Source: an uncultured virus (IMG/VR IMGVR_UViG_3300028588_000802) (taxonomy: Duplodnaviria > Heunggongvirae > Uroviricota > Caudoviricetes). Taken from it: a stretch of 20,000 bases of DNA. Numbering within the stretch: the first letter of the stretch is position 1; each line of letters opens with the position of its first letter. The notes beneath the pieces were generated by a model, which made no database searches, was not told where the DNA came from, and worked only from the letters and a program-made list of their open reading frames with translations. The DNA is taken from IMG/VR virus record IMGVR_UViG_3300028588_000802; one strand, written 5' to 3'. This document shows, one piece after another, positions 18,765 to 20,000 of the stretch. The translations under genes were made by a program, and so were the position numbers.

Positions 18765-18895
18765 ATTATAGCGTGCGTATCACTAAAAGTCTATCCAAAT
18801 GGGCCGTTTTCGGTAAAAAATTACCGGTCATCCGGCGTCGAACGCAGCTTGGGATGCGGCGTCTGCTACTCTATTCGTTGCTGATGGTATATAAT
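18765..18895. promoter_or_regulatory. Divergent promoter region with a 16-bp palindrome
   Basis: Minus-strand TATAAT near 18765-18770. CGGTA-AAAAAT-TACCG at 18811-18826. Plus-strand TATAAT at 18890-18895. Confidence 0.55.
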
Positions 18896-18902
18896 CTGAA
18901 CG

Positions 18903-19334
18903 ATGCCGCAAGGCAATTTCACATTTGAACAGGCAATGCTAATGGACATCGTACGTAAACTTCATCTGAACGTAGCAGCTGTCAAAATCGCAGACGCATG
19001 CGGCTTCAACATTTCGGGCCGAGACGTCAAGGAATTTGAGAGTGGGGGTTTTGAAATCGTTTGGCATGCTGTGACTGGGGAGACGGTTGAGCTAGTTTGT
19101 CAGCCGCATCTGGAGGGCGGCAAGGGCTGGGCGGGCTGGGTGGCGGTCATTTCAAACACTGAAGTCCTACTTCGAAGCGCGCTGCTTGTGCTCCCGAGCG
19201 AGAATCTGCAAGGCCAAGAGGCGGGCATGGCGACTGGCGAGCGTGTACGCACCTGGGCAGACCGGCTGGTGAACGAACCGGGCCTGGGCCTGGTGTCGAG
19301 TCCTGTCACGCCTATCCTGAGCCTTGCCGCCTAA
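18903..19334 (+). CDS. Hypothetical protein, GWAGW-motif paralog 1
   Basis: Shares L.C.P...G..GWAGW...LL.R...ER...WA..L..PG with the next ORF. Confidence 0.75.
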   Translation: MPQGNFTFEQAMLMDIVRKLHLNVAAVKIADACGFNISGRDVKEFESGGFEIVWHAVTGETVELVCQPHLEGGKGWAGWVAVISNTEVLLRSALLVLPSENLQGQEAGMATGERVRTWADRLVNEPGLGLVSSPVTPILSLAA

Positions 19335-19348
19335 CTGGTCACTGAACA

Positions 19349-19747
19349 ATGACATCTACCACGGACGTGCCTCGTACCCGGATGAACTTGAACAGGGCTG
19401 CCGAGCGCGTCGCAGCGGCGTTTGGGTTTCAGCTGGGTTATCGAGAAACTCTCAGCCCCTCGTCTAATCGAACGATTATCCGATGGTCTCTCCGACAAGG
19501 CGAGGAGCCTGTAAGCTGGGAACTGACTTTACGCTGCCTGCCGCCGGCGTGGGGTCAGGGCGGGTGGGCGGGGTGGGCTGAGCTTACCCGCTTCGGCGAG
19601 CCAGACTTACTGTACCGACGATTTGTCGTGTTCGACGATATGCTGGCCGGCGCTAGCGCCAGCGCGCTGACGCGAGAGCGATTTTGCGAGTGGGCTGCAA
19701 CGTTGGAGCCAGGAAGTCAGCATCTGCAGAGCACCACGCCGACCTAA
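19349..19747 (+). CDS. Hypothetical protein, GWAGW-motif paralog 2
   Basis: Starts 14 bp downstream of paralog 1 and shares the same motifs. Confidence 0.75.
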   Translation: MTSTTDVPRTRMNLNRAAERVAAAFGFQLGYRETLSPSSNRTIIRWSLRQGEEPVSWELTLRCLPPAWGQGGWAGWAELTRFGEPDLLYRRFVVFDDMLAGASASALTRERFCEWAATLEPGSQHLQSTTPT

Positions 19748-19775
19748 CCATCGCCCTGCCAAAAGGAAATTTCCA

Positions 19776-20000
19776 ATGTTTATTTCGCGCATTTTGAAGG
19801 CCCTAGTGGCCCCTCCAGTCCTAGTGTCCCGTGAGGGGAAACCGCCCTTCGCATCGTTCAACAAACTTCAGTTCTGGGCCCACCCCGACCTGTGCACTGC
19901 GCAGTTCGAGGAGGCTATGCGGCATTGCCCCGAAGACGTAGCGGTCAAGGCACGCGCCTTCGTGCAGGCATACTTTGGCCTTGTATCGTCTCCGGCATAA
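19776..20000 (+). CDS. Small hypothetical protein (74 aa)
   Basis: AAGGA SD before the ATG; co-oriented with the upstream pair; stop codon at the window end. Confidence 0.6.
   Translation: MFISRILKALVAPPVLVSREGKPPFASFNKLQFWAHPDLCTAQFEEAMRHCPEDVAVKARAFVQAYFGLVSSPA

Overview
GC-rich (~60% by eye), Betaproteobacteria-like accessory DNA. It has no rRNA, tRNA, CRISPR, transposase or virion genes and looks like a megaplasmid/chromid or large integrated element (inference). Recognisable genes: an NAD+-dependent DNA ligase outside the usual chromosomal context, a DEDDh 3'-5' exonuclease, a PAS-GGDEF(GGNEF)-EAL protein, two tandem SprT-like zinc metalloproteases, a divergent 2OG-Fe(II) dioxygenase-like gene, a multi-repeat AbrB/SymE-like protein and a Glyoxalase_8-like protein. 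About a dozen hypothetical genes fill the rest. The most interesting signals are non-coding. (1) A 16-bp palindrome CGGYA-W6-TDCCG occurs in four intergenic promoter regions, three of which also share an extended -10 motif GAATATGKTANNAT, suggesting an element-specific regulon over DNA-processing genes. (2) A ~115-nt multi-stem, possibly pseudoknotted RNA lies directly upstream of the Glyoxalase_8-like gene. (3) Several genes appear to be leaderless. Protein family calls come from motif recognition only; no searches were run.
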